NCBI GenBank assembly: GCA_963693365.1
Contig: CAVNZM010000002.1
Location: 7,346,454 to 7,410,453, forward strand
Length of the DNA: 64,000 bases
From: Amoebidium appalachense
Lineage: Eukaryota > Protista > Ichthyosporea
Direction of reading: 5' to 3'
In this document: positions 1 through 14,312 of the stretch, one piece after another
Layout: the number at the start of each line of letters is the position of its first letter
Numbering within the stretch: the first letter of the stretch is position 1
The notes under the pieces: model-generated
Databases searched by the model: none
Seen by the model: the letters and a program-made list of their open reading frames with translations, nothing else
What the model was told of the DNA's origin: nothing
Made by a program: the position numbers and the translations under genes

Positions 1-863
1 AGACCCCTAAGGTAGTCAAACTTTGTACCCCAAAAGTTCAAATTACAGTATTTGATCCCGGTATCCGTTCTCCGTTCCTTATCGGGGCTAGAGGAGGGTA
101 AATTAGCCAATCAAATCGCATATATTCGCAGCTACCCCGGCCTCCCCTCACCTCCCCCCCTCCACGTCCGGATCTTTCGAACCCTACTCCTATTTGATCT
201 CGTGGAGTAGAAAGGAGCCTACCGGCCCCAAAAAAATTAGGTACAGTTAGATATTAGGGGGCCTTAAAGCGTTTATAATGCTATACATCTGATACGAAGG
301 CTGTTACGACGGCACCCTAACCTTAATCGTATCAGGGTCTTTCGTTAATCGTAATTACGACAATTTTTTTTTCGTAATCCCCCCCCTGTTAACGTTGGGA
401 ACTTGGGAGTGCACCAAACCTATGCATATGCATGTATCCACGTAGATTTACACTGTGGGAAGCTATTACGGACAGTCAGAAAGTCACACCCGCACATGGG
501 GAACTTCTTCTTCTTCTTCTTCTTCTTCTTCTCCTCTAACATTCTCAAGGGGGGCGCGCGGGGGGCGGGGGGAGGGGGGGGGGGGGGGGGGGGCCGGGGG
601 GGGGATGATAAGTATCATGATGCGCGTGTGTAGTTATGGATACCGCTATTACAATAAGGTTCTCATGTATCCTGCGCTTCATGGTCGTGATTATGAGCAG
701 TACAGCTGGTCCCCATGGGACCCTCACTCACTCGATCAGGCATGCAGGCATATATATGTGCAGGGCGAAGGTTGCCGAGTGGTGTGCGAGGGAGATATGC
801 GTGCTGTATGTCATGTTCTCGATACTGATTGAATTTGGAGTATTAGTAGGTCCAACGAACGGG

Positions 864-1034
<171 letters not shown>

Positions 1035-1376
1035 CGCGAGTCTCTCCTCACGTTTTTTTTACCAGCCCCTCCCCCCCCCCCCTCCCGTCCCATAGTATCT
1101 CTTCTGTTTTGTCTCTTCTTCCGAACGGTTTTAACCCTTCTCTCGGTTCTTATATAGTCAACAAAAACTCGAGCCAATGCAACACACACAAGACACGTGT
1201 GTGTCTTGACACGCGTGTGTCAACACACACAAGACACGTGTGCAACGCACACAAGACACGTCGCATATTCGTATAGACACAGGCATATGCATGTAGTTCG
1301 GCACGCTCTGGAAGCTTGTCACCGTTCACACACACCAAAGTGCCGGAGTTACGGACATGCGAACACCGCACGCGGG

Positions 1377-1379
<3 letters not shown>

Positions 1380-1448
<69 letters not shown>

Positions 1449-1487
1449 CATGCATGCACGCACGCACGCGCGCGCGCACACGCGCGT

Positions 1488-1572
<85 letters not shown>
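1380..1572. repeat. (CA)n microsatellite (representative of many CA/TG tracts, e.g. 37450-37720, 40620-40935, 61815-62500)
   Basis: Direct dinucleotide repetition; generates the spurious HTHT/CVCV ORFs of the track. Confidence 0.95.
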
Positions 1573-1574
<2 letters not shown>

Positions 1575-2725
1575 TACACACACTCATCAGCGCACGCGCA
1601 CAAACACGCACACATGCACGACACATCGTCACGCCTGCACGCACAGCGTACGCACACGCACAGTGGCGGCACAAACAGCACACATGCACACATTCCCACA
1701 CAAAAGATTATATATCTTCGTGAAATGCCGCTTGGCTATTAACGAAAACGCAATGAGGACCTGTTAGGGCAAAGGGAGGAATTGGGGGGAGGGGGAGGGG
1801 GAGGGGGGAGCAGGGGGAGAAGGGGGGGGGGGGGGGGGGGGGGGGGGGAGAAGGGGGGCAGAAGAAGAGGATGGAGGGAAGGGGAAAAGGGGGTGGGTGG
1901 GAGGGGGGGGGGGGGGGGGGGGGGCGGGGGAGGCCCGGGGGGAGGGGGGAGGCCTGGCGGAGGGGCCCGGGATAGTGGGGCCGGGGGGGGGGGGGGGATG
2001 CACCATCACCAAAGGTAGGCTCTAATGTGATTATGTAGTGACAGTGATTGATTGTCACGGAGTCACCACGTGCCGATGACCCCCCCCCCCCCCCCCACCC
2101 CACCCCACCCCCACCCACCCCACCCCCCCCCTCCCTCCCCCCCACCCTTCTGGGGTCATACATGTATCTCTTGATAGACCACAATACGGAAGTTTAAAAA
2201 CTACGGCAGGGTATACGTAAACAACAACATACAAAGCTCGTTGGTAATCTGAAAGCCCCCCACCTGCGAGGCTGTGATGTAAAATTCTAGGCTGTGTGTA
2301 CTAGCAGTTAATATAGATTAGGTGACGGGGTGGTAGCTTACATAGCTGATTGCACCTTTTTTTCACCCTAATTAGGGCACAGTCGGTGCTTTTGGAGAAC
2401 GGCAATTCCTATGAGGGCCCCCCGGGAGTCCTCCGGAAATAAACGTGATATAAACAAAAAAAACCGTGGTCATCTGAAAGGACTGATAACTTGTATAGCA
2501 CGGACACGAGGCCCTTTTCCTTACAACGCCACTGCACACCGCTGGCATCTTGAGGTGTTGTTCACAATATGTAGGTTAGTATAATGCTAAATGTTGAATT
2601 AAATTTGTAAAACATGGATGCTCAAAATAAAACAAACCAAAAAGCAGAAATATAGCCTAGTGGCAATGCTTAATGATTACACAAAGAGCCAAAAAAATGG
2701 AAGTCCGGGCGCGGTTTAGCAATAA

Positions 2726-2729
<4 letters not shown>

Positions 2730-2785
<56 letters not shown>

Positions 2786-2881
2786 GTACATCATGTATAT
2801 TATTATATATAATATAATATATATATATACTATATCATGATATACTATTATATGGTATCATCATATAAATATATATATATA
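2730..2881. repeat. (TA)n microsatellite with degenerate AT-rich tail
   Basis: Direct repetition seen in sequence. Confidence 0.9.
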
Positions 2882-3807
2882 CACACATATGCCGCTGATA
2901 TAATACGTGTAGGTGGAGGTGCAATGCATGAACCGCTCCCGTGCTCTCAGCATGATGTCGTGTATACACTGGCCTGACCGCCATCAGGCTGGCCGAATTC
3001 ATGCAACGTGTGGATTATATCGAAAATCGGTACAGATAGCTCCTACCTGTGCAGGTAGCGCCCACCTGAAGTCACACACAGTGAATGTGCGTTTGCTTTT
3101 TTTGTGTGTGTGTTTGTGTGTGTCACAGTGTGTGTGTTGAGACAGGCCAGGGGGGCCGGGGGTGAGGGGGGTTTGGGGGGGGGGGGGGGGGGGGGGGGGG
3201 GAAGGTGGGGGTTAGGGGGGGAAGGGAAATTAGTACTAGGGGGGGAGCAGGGCGGGGGGGGAGGGGGGGGGGGGGGGGGAGGGGGTGGATTATAATATCG
3301 GCTTAGTAGGCACATCAACCTAGCTGCTGCAGTGACTGACTCAACTTGAAGTATGACTGTGATAACTCAGAACCGTTACCTATATGTCACGAGGAGCCAG
3401 ATAAGGTTAAAATGGAGCGAGGCGGATTCTGATCATGATGTCGATACCGGTGCTCGCGGCACAGATGAAAGTCACTGTGGTGCTGTGAAGACAAGAAAGA
3501 CTTTCATGATTTCTACCTGGTCCAAAGGCCTAGCTAGGGGCCTTCGTCCGGAGGCAATGGCGTGCGACTTGGGAAAAACCCAAGGGGGTGTGTGGGGGGG
3601 GGGGGGGGGGGGGGGGGAGGGGGGGGGAGATGGGGGAGGGGGCGGGGGAGCCTACGGCCTTTGCTCAGATAGATGATCACGAGGAAGGGCCCACGGGGAA
3701 GGCCCTTCTGGGACTGAATCTACGAGTTCAGCTGACTCAGAGCTAAACCATCCTTCACAACCTAACTACAAGTACACACTTTGCCCAGGGTTGCTACCCC
3801 AGCCACG

Positions 3808-3838
<31 letters not shown>

Positions 3839-3874
3839 ACGGAGGGAGAGACTAAGAGAGAGAGAGAAAGGGAG

Positions 3875-3985
<111 letters not shown>

Positions 3986-4029
3986 AGGGAGAGGGAGAGG
4001 GTCCGGAGGGAGAGAGAGGGAGAGAGAGT

Positions 4030-4095
<66 letters not shown>

Positions 4096-4096
4096 C

Positions 4097-4164
<68 letters not shown>

Positions 4165-4236
4165 TCGGGGGTGGGGCCGGGGGGGAGGGGAGGGGGAGAG
4201 AGAGAGGGGGCAGGGGGGGGACAGAGAGAGAGAGAG

Positions 4237-4282
<46 letters not shown>

Positions 4283-4313
4283 AGGGAGGGAGGGAGGAGG
4301 GGGGGGGGGGGGG

Positions 4314-4423
<110 letters not shown>

Positions 4424-4872
4424 GCGGCGGGGGGCCGGGGGGGCGGGGGGGAAGGAAGGGTGGGGGGGGGGGGGGGGGGGGGGGAGAGGGGGGCAGGAGG
4501 AGGAAGTTGGAAGGGGCGGCGCCAAAGTCACAGGAGAAACTCGGGGAGCAGGGGTACGCGCTGATAGCATCAGTCACGTGCACGGTTAACACGTAGTCAC
4601 AGTTACCTCCCATTATTAGCTCAGTAGACCAATTATTAAAGTAGAGTAGGAAATTAATATATGGGGCCACCGACATGATGGCAAGTACTAGATCTACAAT
4701 AATGACGAGAAGGAAGGGGGCGGGGGCCGGGGAGGTAGGGAGTAGGGCCTTATGAAAATATCCTGTTTTTCGCCCTGAGTAGCAACCGGGATATATCACG
4801 AAAATATCGCCTTAGCCCCTGAATATCCCCTTTTTTTTTTCTGAGAGCGCCCTGAGTATCATTACAATTGCA

Positions 4873-4947
4873 ACGTAAAGTTCATCGCAGCGCGTGCACA
4901 CCGTCAGTACGTGTGACTCCAGCGAACGTAAAGTTCATCGCAGCGCG
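4873..4947 (+). repeat. Short direct repeat (aacgtaaagttcatcgcagcgcg x2)
   Basis: Identical ~23-mer at ~4873 and ~4925. Confidence 0.85.
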
Positions 4948-5790
4948 AGTACGTCTGAGGATCTGACATAGGCTGCATAAAATAGTGTTCATGGCGCACG
5001 TGCCTTTGTGAGCTAGAGCTGCCTCTGTGCACTGATGATGGATGATATTCACTCAGGACTGGCAAACTGTGTGTGTAAATGTCCTTTTATCTACCTATAA
5101 GTTTCAGCACATACCTTATTGAATGCATATATTGCATAGATTGTTTTTTCACTAAGACTGCAATACGTATGTCACGTGCACCGGGAAGCCTCCCCGCTGT
5201 CAGGGTTCGACATTTGGGTTTCAAGTCGGGTATTTTCCGAAGTATTGTGACGTCATCCATTTTGGCCTCGCGAAAGTGGGGTATTTCCAGGATATACGTA
5301 CTTTGGATAGATCAGATAAACCTTTGTATACCTATCCGCTAACATGTAAATATATCCTCTGGCGGGCAGCCCCTCAGAAGCCAAAACACACTTGATACAG
5401 GTGCTTTTGAAACTCAGGGATTTTGATTTCACTGAGCACGCATGTCACACTAGCCTACCCGCACCATTATAACCTCAGACAGCCAGTCTAACTTTCATTT
5501 AGGTGTTATAATCGCCTGTTCATCTCAGGATAGAGACATTGTGTTGCTGACTAACTTTAATGAATAGCCTGAGGCGCGCGCAGCGCGCCGTCCGCTGAAA
5601 AGCTTTGCTTAGTGTCACCACAGTCGCATTTATTCTTGCTAAGTTCTCTCCGTGTCTCTAGCTTCAACGGTAGTCGTTTCTTAGATAAGTCTTTCTCCTG
5701 AGGATTTCTCTTACGGTCACTTCCTCTCTTGGGGCGCCCGCGCACCCCCTTCTAGAGATCTGAAGTCTCTCTCTCTTCTCTCTCTCTCTC

Positions 5791-5841
<51 letters not shown>

Positions 5842-5967
5842 CCTCCCTCCCTCCCTCCCTCTCTCTGCCTCTCTCCCTCTTCCCCCCAGTCTCTCTCTTT
5901 CTTTCGCTCTCTCTCTCTATCTCTCTCTCTCCCCCCCCCCCAGTCTCTCTCTTTCTTTCGCTCGCGC

Positions 5968-6014
<47 letters not shown>

Positions 6015-6015
6015 A

Positions 6016-6054
<39 letters not shown>

Positions 6055-6218
6055 CCCCTCTTCCCCCAGGCTTTCCGAACGGTCTCTCTCTCTTCACGTT
6101 CTTCCTCCTCTCCCTTTCTCTGTCTCTCGGTCTCTCTCTCTCACCGTCTCCCCCCCTTCCCCCCCCCCCCCCCCCCGCCCCGAGTCTCTCTCTCAGGCAG
6201 TTTTCAATCCCTCGCTCT

Positions 6219-6303
<85 letters not shown>

Positions 6304-7211
6304 TCTCTACTTTCTCTCTCTCCCTCTCTCCCCGAGAGTCTCTTTGTCTCTCTCTCTCTCCCCCCCCCTCTCACGGTGCTCTGAGACTCCCGGTCTCTCT
6401 TTCTCTCCGAAGCCTCCCCCTCTCCCCCCCACCCCCACCCCTCCCTCACTACCCTCCCAGCTCTCTCTCTGCCTGTCTCCTCCGTCTACAGGCAACTGGG
6501 CTTTCTTTCCAGTTCCGACGTAATATCCCTCTCGTTGCCCCCCCCCCCCCCCCCCCCCCCCCTCCCCCCCCCCTTCCCCCGGGCCGGGGGGTTAGAAACG
6601 GCTGCATTTTCCTCCACCACCTCCGCCACCTCCTTGGCAGCCGAAATATTAGCACCCGATTCCTGGCCCACAGACTTTTCAGTGGCGACCGTACCAGACT
6701 GCTTGGCCTTCTTTGCCTTGACCACCGCAAGCGTGTTTAAGAAAATCGCCCAACTTGAGTGTTTTAGGGCCAGGCTTCGACTGCTCCTTCCCATCTGAAA
6801 AGCGATGGTCAGGCTGCCGAGTGCTGGCAGCCACAGGGGCTACCCTAGGAAGCGCGTGTTTGCCCGACCTACAGCGAAAGGGCCCAAAAACAACACGGGT
6901 GAAAGCGTGACACGTGAGAACCGGCTCTGAGTCACCTGACAACTGACTTGAAGGCTGAAGGGAGGGAGTTTCGCGCCAAAAAAAAAAAAAAACGAAAATA
7001 ACCATCAGACTGGTGTAAGGCCATGACATTTGTAACTTATGTCAACAAAAAGCCCCCAAAACCTTAAGATTATGTCAAAAGGTTCCCCAATTTTACCATT
7101 ACGGTGGCCAAAATTCATTTTACTTGACTGCTGAGTGCTGGATAACCGAGCGAACTATCCCATGCATGAAAATAATAGCCTATCACCGAATTCCCACCCC
7201 AGCTGGCGCTT

Positions 7212-7254
<43 letters not shown>

Positions 7255-7419
7255 CTATATGTACACTCCACTATCCGGCGACGTACCCTACGCAGGAAGC
7301 GTAGTGTACCCCAGGCGGGGTATTTTTTTCTGGCAGTGGGGTATTTTTTAGGGTATTTTTGGGGTATTGTCTAACCCTGCCCGCTGTCCCGTTCCACCGT
7401 GCATTGGAATTTGGGCAAA

Positions 7420-7510
7420 GCATCTGATTGGCTAATTATAGTACGCTGCGAATTGCGTCACAGAAAACCAATCGTATCGCGGCAAAATCATTTCACAGTA
7501 GCCAATCATA
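7420..7510. promoter_or_regulatory. CCAAT-box cluster upstream of the oxidoreductase gene
   Basis: gattgg (~7426), ccaatc (~7468), ccaatc (~7502) about 400-480 nt upstream of ATG 7901; similar boxes lie upstream of the other genes (19321, 30113, 30589, 52933, 61142-61311). Function is inferred. Confidence 0.5.
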
Positions 7511-7900
7511 ATTCTCTAATTAGGGTACGGAATTTTTTGGATGTTTGCACAAACAAAAGAGAACGTCACAGAGAAAATGATTCATAGAGGGTTCAGATAC
7601 GGAAAGGATATAGTAGCTTCTCAAGTTATGCTAAACCAAATGCATATACAAGAAGTTTTCAAGTCAGATACCGATTTACAGCTGGGGTACACGCACACAA
7701 GTTTCAAAGTACGGGTTGAATGCATATAGTGATCTATTCACACAGAATTATTTCCACCCTGGGGCAATTGAGCTGCATAAATTTTTGGATAAATAGCCCA
7801 AAGCAAAACAAACGCAATGACACACACCGCGCATTCACCTGATTGATATTTGCCCTTTGTCCCCTTCATAACAGTTCTGGGTACATACTACCCGCATACA

Positions 7901-8283
7901 ATGCTCCGCCACTCCCTCTCTACTCTCGTCAAGCAAACCCACATCGTTTCTTTCCTTCGCCAGAACGTGAGAATGCTTGCCAGCAGCGCCCCCTCCACCA
8001 GCCCTTCCACCATGAAGGCGGCACGCATCCACAAGGCCGACCACCCATTTGAAAACTTCGTTGTTGATGAGGTCGACACCCCAAAGCCAGGACCAGGCGA
8101 AGCTCTTGTGAAGATCAAGGTGGGTCTTATTGTTCCTGCTGTGTTCGAATATTTCTCGGCTCATTGCGCATTTGCGCTCAAACGCCCACATACTACAGAT
8201 CTGATGCTTGCATGCTTACAAGATCCTGATGGCGAGTATGCCACAGTGCTGTAGGACCACACACACACACACACACATACACA

Positions 8284-8327
<44 letters not shown>

Positions 8328-8479
8328 CACACACAAACACACAAACACATACATTCGCTCACTCACCCGCTCACTCATTCCTCACAATGCACACACCCAT
8401 GAAGGTGGAAGCCTCGAAGATGCTCCACAAGTACGAGCCTGTCGCCCATCCCTCCCCCCCCCCCCCCCCCCCCCGCCCG

Positions 8480-8510
<31 letters not shown>

Positions 8511-9440
8511 AGAGAGAGAGCGACTCTTACAGGGATCATTAATCACGTGGTGTTAAACCCACAGGCTGCAGCGGTGAACCCCCTCGACTTTAAGCTTGCC
8601 GCTGGGTGGGTGCCCTTCATTAAAGTCTTCCCTGCGACCGTCGGCGAAGACCTGAGCGGTGTGGTGGCAGCGGTTGGGGAGGGCGTAACTGGGGTTAAGG
8701 TGGGCGACGAGGTATTCACCGGCACCATGAACGGGGCATATGCCGAATACATCAGCACACCCGCCTCCTGGCTTAACCCCAAACCAGCCGACTGGTCGTT
8801 TTCGACCGCGGCCGCAGCTGGCATGGGCATACTTACAGCGGCCAATGCTCTCTTTCTGTCGTTAAAGACAGCTACACCCTCAAACCCCACCACAGTTTCG
8901 GAAAAAATCCTTATTTGGGGCGCCGGTGGGCCTGTCGGTACCATGGCTACCCAGTTGGCCACCTTAAGCGGATACGAGGTGGTGGCGGTGGCTGGGAAGG
9001 ACAGCGAACCTTTGCTTAAGGCCTGCGGCGCAAAGTATGTGTTTGATCACAGGGACCCCGAAGTTTCTGCACAAGTTCGCGAGATCGTCGGCGAGGAGTT
9101 GAGGTATGCGCTCGATTTGGTCGGCACGAAGACCATTCCCATCGTGGCGTCGCTTTTGCGTAAAGAGGGGGACGCATTCCTGACGGAGTCCGCCGGGCCC
9201 CCCAACGGACTCCTCCCTGCAAACGTGATATTTGAGTTCATAAACACCAACGATGTTCTTTTGGACCCCGCTAAGGGAAAATTGGTCTACGGGGAGGTTC
9301 GCCCGCTGATTGCTGGGGGAAAACTTAAGGTTGTTGATGTGATGGAGGTAGAGGGGGGGCTCGAGGCGGTTAAATTTGCGGTGCAGACTGTGTTTGAGGG
9401 AAAGAATGCCGGAAAGAAGGTCGTTGTTCCTATTAGCTAG
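7901..9440 (+). CDS. MDR-superfamily NAD(P)H oxidoreductase (quinone oxidoreductase/enoyl-reductase-like), probable mitochondrial presequence; exons 7901-8119, 8565-9440 (~364 aa)
   Basis: Phase-0 GT-AG intron joins 'VDEVDTPKPGPGEALVKIK' to 'AAAVNPLDFK'. MDR motifs GEDLSGVV..VGEGV..VKVGDEV, GAYAEY and Rossmann WGAGGPVG are present; no catalytic-Zn Cys/His seen. N-terminus MLRHSLSTLVKQ... is Arg/Ser-rich and acid-free. Confidence 0.92.
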
Positions 9441-9589
9441 AATTGTCTCCCAGTGAGGGTGTGTGTGTGTGTGTGAGGGAAGGAGGGAGGGGATGGGGGG
9501 GGATAACTGGTGGCAAAGCTGGTGTTTGGAGGCGTGCAATATTAACCCGATTTGTTAAGTGTGTTTGGTAAAATTGAAGGCCCGGGTCG

Positions 9590-9773
9590 GTTGCCTAAGT
9601 TATGAGAGATGTTGCGGCCTGCGGAACATGCCGGTTATGATTGTATTTTGAGATTGTTCAGGGTTTAGGTTTAATTTTACGTTGTTGCCTAAGTTATGAG
9701 AGATGTTGCGGCCTGCGGAACATGCCGGTTATGATTGCATTTTGAGATTGTTCAGGGTTTAGGTTTAATTTTA
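9590..9773 (+). repeat. Tandem duplication, 94-bp period, in the 3' flank of the oxidoreductase
   Basis: gttgcctaagttatgagagatgttgcggcc...gtttaatttta at 9590 and 9684, near identical. Confidence 0.92.
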
Positions 9774-9955
9774 GGATGATGTCGCAAAGCAAAAACGCCT
9801 AGTGTGTACAAATGAGAGCAATTGTAAATGTAGGTAGGCCTTTGTGTAGAATACATGTGGCCATGAAAACTCCAATGATTCCCGTTAAATCAATTGTCTC
9901 CTTGTTTCTCCCCCTTCCACAGCTTCTACACAACACACACACACACATACCTTTG

Positions 9956-9993
<38 letters not shown>

Positions 9994-10220
9994 CACGCAC
10001 ACACAGGCACACACACACACACACACACCACACGCCTCCAAATGGCCGCCCCTGTGTCTACTCACATTCACGCATGCTCACGCCTACACACGCACGCACG
10101 CGCGCGCGCGCACGCACACACACACACACAAACAATCGGTTGCCCCAGTACTTTTCTGTGTGTGTGTGTGTTGCTGCCATTGTTGGTAGACGGGCGGGGC
10201 GGGGGGAGGGAGGGGGAGAA

Positions 10221-10254
<34 letters not shown>

Positions 10255-11213
10255 GAGCGGGGAGGGAGGGTTGGGGGGGGGAAGGGGGATAGAAAGAGGA
10301 GGAAATGATACGAGAGGCAGGCGAATTCCGAGCATCATCGGGAGGGGGGGGGGGGGAGGGGGGAGGGAGGTAAGGCCCAAAAAACGGCAAAGCAATACTA
10401 CTTAGCATCAAGAAGGGATAAGGATGCCAGGCACAAACGGAAAAGGCGCCGGAGGGGGGGGAGGAGGGGGAGGTCAGTGTGTGCGCAATGGTTTGTAGAG
10501 AGAGAGAGAGAGAGAGAGTGTGTGTGTGTGTGTGCTTGCGCGCGCGCGTGTGTTTCACATGCGCGCGTGCGCAACGCTTCCGCGCATGTGTGCGGCCGCC
10601 GGCAGGGGAGGGGAGGGGGGGGGGGGAGGAGGAGGGGAGAGGGGAGGGTATGGGGCAGGGGGGGGGGGGGGGGGTGATGGGACGTCAGCCGTGTGCTCTC
10701 TGTCCCAGACATCCGTTAAACATGAACCAATAACTTATCTATCACCATTTCTGGCTCCTGTTAGCCAGCCATACAATACTCTTATTAAGATTATATCCAC
10801 ACAGTAGACCATCTCTAGTCAAGAATGTCACCAGATTATGTCGCATTCATCGAATATTGTATACTTAGATCGTGATGCCCGGTTATTGTGACTTCTATAA
10901 TGCTCCCCCCCCTCCCCTCCCCTCCCCCCCCCCCCCCCCCCCTCCCCCCCCCCCCCCCACCCCCCCCCCACCCCCCCCCCCCCCCCCCCCCACTACAAAA
11001 ACAACAGCCCATCCTCCTCACTCTGATGTCACAAACCATTCCTAGAGCCTAGACCCGACATCTCAACCTTTTTGAATTACACCTTAAAGCCACACAAAAA
11101 TATATCCAGCAAGCGTATCCCAATTGATGAGACAATAGCACTTGTGTAACACCAGTGTTAAATTTAGATGATTCAACTTTTGCGATGCGATTCCATTGCC
11201 GTAGATCCACCAA

Positions 11214-12318
11214 TCAAACAGTCAGATCGTCCACGAGGGCAGTGAAGAGGGCCATCCCCAGTAGCAAAATCCCAAACTGGCACCCTAAACCCACATCCCT
11301 CTCGGGGGCCGCTGAAGAATTTTCTCTTTTTGATGGATCCTTTTCCGGGACGAAGGAGACGTAATGAAACGTGCCTGAGCTTTTACGGTACGTGGAAAGG
11401 CAGTTTTCCCCATCGGAAACAACGAGAATTCCTGCATCGTCATCCGATCCATCTGAAATTTCGTTGTTAATGTCATGATATTCAAGATTGCCGAATAGCG
11501 ATTGGCCGGTGACGTTTGTGACGGCGATGCACCGGGAGTGCCATACACCCATTAGATCCTTGAAATTGATTGGGTGGCAGTACGAAGGGAAGAGTTCTGA
11601 TTGGACAGCCACGCGTATGCAGTTCCTCTTTTTGAAGTTGTTCTGGTTGAAAAGGGTGGAAGTTTCGGGAACGTTGCAGGTGTTTTCTGTGTAGTAGCAC
11701 ACGTATCCATCTGCTGATTCGTTGGCTAATAGGATCTTGTGGGATAGGCCGGTGGTGGCTGGGGTGGTGGGTTTTGGCTCTGCGGTCTGTAAACGTGCAC
11801 GGAAAGGTGGGTGGGTGGGGGAAGGGGGGGGGGGGGGGGGGGGGGAGGAGGGTAAAGGTTAGAATGTGTTGCCGTGAGCACGATGTACAGATACTTCACC
11901 AAAACCATTTGTAATGCAGATTGTGCAAAGCACACATACAATGCATCATAAGTAGTACCCATCCTTAAGTGGTGGTAGTGGTGTGTGTGTGTGTGGTGGT
12001 GGTGGGGGTGTGGGGGGGAGACAGGAGGTGGAGGGGGGAGGGTGGAGGGGGGCACGGAGGCCGGGAGGGGGAGGGGGGGGAGGGGGGAAGGGAAGGAGGG
12101 GGTGAAGGAGGGGGGGGGGGGAGGAGGATCGAGGGAGTCTGAGGAAATCAGGAAGGTGGGAGGGAGGAGGGTTGCTGGTGGATGGATGAGGTTAGGGTGC
12201 CGGTGAGGGGGGGGGGGGAAGGAGAGAGGCGGGAAGTTGTAGGGTGGGTGGGTGGGTGGGGGGGGGGGGGGGTAGATGAGCCTTGCAATGTTCGATTTAG
12301 GCAATTTTGGAATCAATC

Positions 12319-12355
<37 letters not shown>

Positions 12356-12613
12356 GACTCGTCTGTTGCCCTAATCTACCATCAAAGCTAGGTTTTTCCT
12401 TGTTTGAATGTTTGCTTATTTGCTTGTTTGTTTGTTGTTTGTTTCCTTGTTTGTTTAAAGGGACGGTCTCTTACGATCCAAGTCTTATTTTCTTTCTCTT
12501 TTGAACCCTTTCTCCTAAAAAATTATGTTTTTTTTTTTTTTGGTTTGTTTGCTTGTTTGCTTACTAGTGTTTGCTGGTTTGAGGCTTACCACGGTTTGTG
12601 TTTTTTTTGTTTG

Positions 12614-12644
<31 letters not shown>

Positions 12645-13420
12645 GGGAGGGGGGGGAAGGGGGGGGGGGGTGACTGGGGGAGGGGGAGGGAGGGGGGGAG
12701 GGGGGGGGGGGGGGCAGGTTTTGCATGCCCGTATACTCACCAGTGGTTCCAATGCTGCAGCATAGAGCAGTGAGCCAATATCATACTCCACACTCACACA
12801 CTTGCTGGTCGTAAAATCTGGGCCAATCTCCATCCTTCCCCACCCAGTCGCTATGTCCCCGTCGCCCAATTGCACGTCATGGAAGTTAATCCACGAATTT
12901 GATTGGCTGTCGTCTCTGGTAACCGCCACGCACCGATTGCGTCTCGCGATCGGCCATAGCCCGTACGTGATTGGGTGGCAGTAGGTCGGCGCCGATCCCG
13001 ACTGAACCTTCACGAGGATGCAATTTAGGTTCTTGCCGTAGTTTTGGCCCAAGTTTATGCCCAATTTGCCCAAAACATGATCCGTGCACCTGCCATCGCC
13101 GTAAAAGCAGGCCAGACCATCCACATCTTTCTCAGAAGAAATCATCCTCTTGGTGACACGGAAACCTATCGTAATCGTCGTATTTGAAGTGGGCTGTTTG
13201 GGAATAATCGAACAGGAGATTTTAAGGGAGGGGGAGACGAGTGGGGAAGGCAGGGGGGGGGAGGGGGGGGGGGGGGGGGGGGGGTAGTGAGGAGGAGAGG
13301 GGGGAGGGTGTGGGTGGGTGCGGGGTCATGGGAGGTAGAATTGGGTACAGAGATTTGGTTATGTGTGTTGGGGGAGTTGAGGATGGGATCAAAGGGGAAA
13401 GAGGTTTTTTTTTTTTTTTT

Positions 13421-13461
<41 letters not shown>

Positions 13462-14277
13462 GGGGGTGGGGAGGGGGGAGGGAGGGGGCGGGGGAGGAGA
13501 AGGGTGGGAGTTGTTAGCTAGTGCTAAGATTGAAAGAGAAAACACCAAACGGTGTGCGTCCAGGCAAATGTGTGCCATTGTGTGATTACAGTGGCACTGT
13601 TGTGTGTGTGTGCTTGTGTGTGTGCGCGCATGCCCTCGCACGCCTGTGTGTGTCTGTGTGTGCTCCCGGTGGCGGTGGTGGTGGTGGTAACGTTGAAGGA
13701 GGGGGGGGAGGATGGGGGTGAGGGGAGGGTTTGTTATAAAGCGATGAAGAAAAATTATTTGGTGAGGGTGTGATTTTGTGAGTGTGTTTTTAGTGGTGGT
13801 TGGGGCCTGTGCGTGTGTGTGTGTTGGGGGGAGGGGGGGGGGAGAAGGGGGGGGGGGTGGGGGGGTGGGGAGGGGGGAGGCAATAGGGGATCGAGTGATC
13901 GTGGAAGGAACGAGCAGGACCATTCGGGTAAGTTCCATGACCTACCTCAGGCTCAGGGAGGCACTCCTGCCTGTTGCATTCGCTGATGGATTGCACGTGG
14001 GAGAGGGGGCAGGCCACGTGGGGCCAAGACGTGCAAATTCGCGTGCGGGTGCTTAGACCCCTTCCACACGAGGCACTGCATGAGCCCCATGAACCCCACT
14101 GGCCGAAAGTTGGGATTGGGCCTTCGGTGGGTCCGGCCTGAGGAGGTGATAAGTAGAGGAAAAGGAAGGGTGAGAGGGCCGGGGGGGGAGGGGGGGGGGG
14201 ACGGGAGGGAAGGTGAGACGGATAAGTGTATGGGAAAGCAGAAAACATGTGTGGGTGTGGGTGTGCTTTGCGTGATT

Positions 14278-14312
<35 letters not shown>

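Noticed and set aside
1-400. MITE-like subterminal motifs (acccc.aa...gtcaaa), also near 7030-7110 and 17620-17730
   Set aside because: Could not identify matching terminal inverted repeats or target-site duplications within the window
2376-2393. ggcacagtcggtgctttt resembles the 3' end of the SpCas9 tracrRNA/sgRNA
   Set aside because: Short gapped match, upstream scaffold absent, no CRISPR array or cas gene; chance
2955-3038. Protein-like stretch VYTGLTAIRLAEFMQRVDYIENRYR
   Set aside because: Bounded by stops, no compatible splice partners, no recognisable family
9657-9675. Telomere-like ttcagggtttaggttt
   Set aside because: Only about two degenerate units inside a local duplication; not an array
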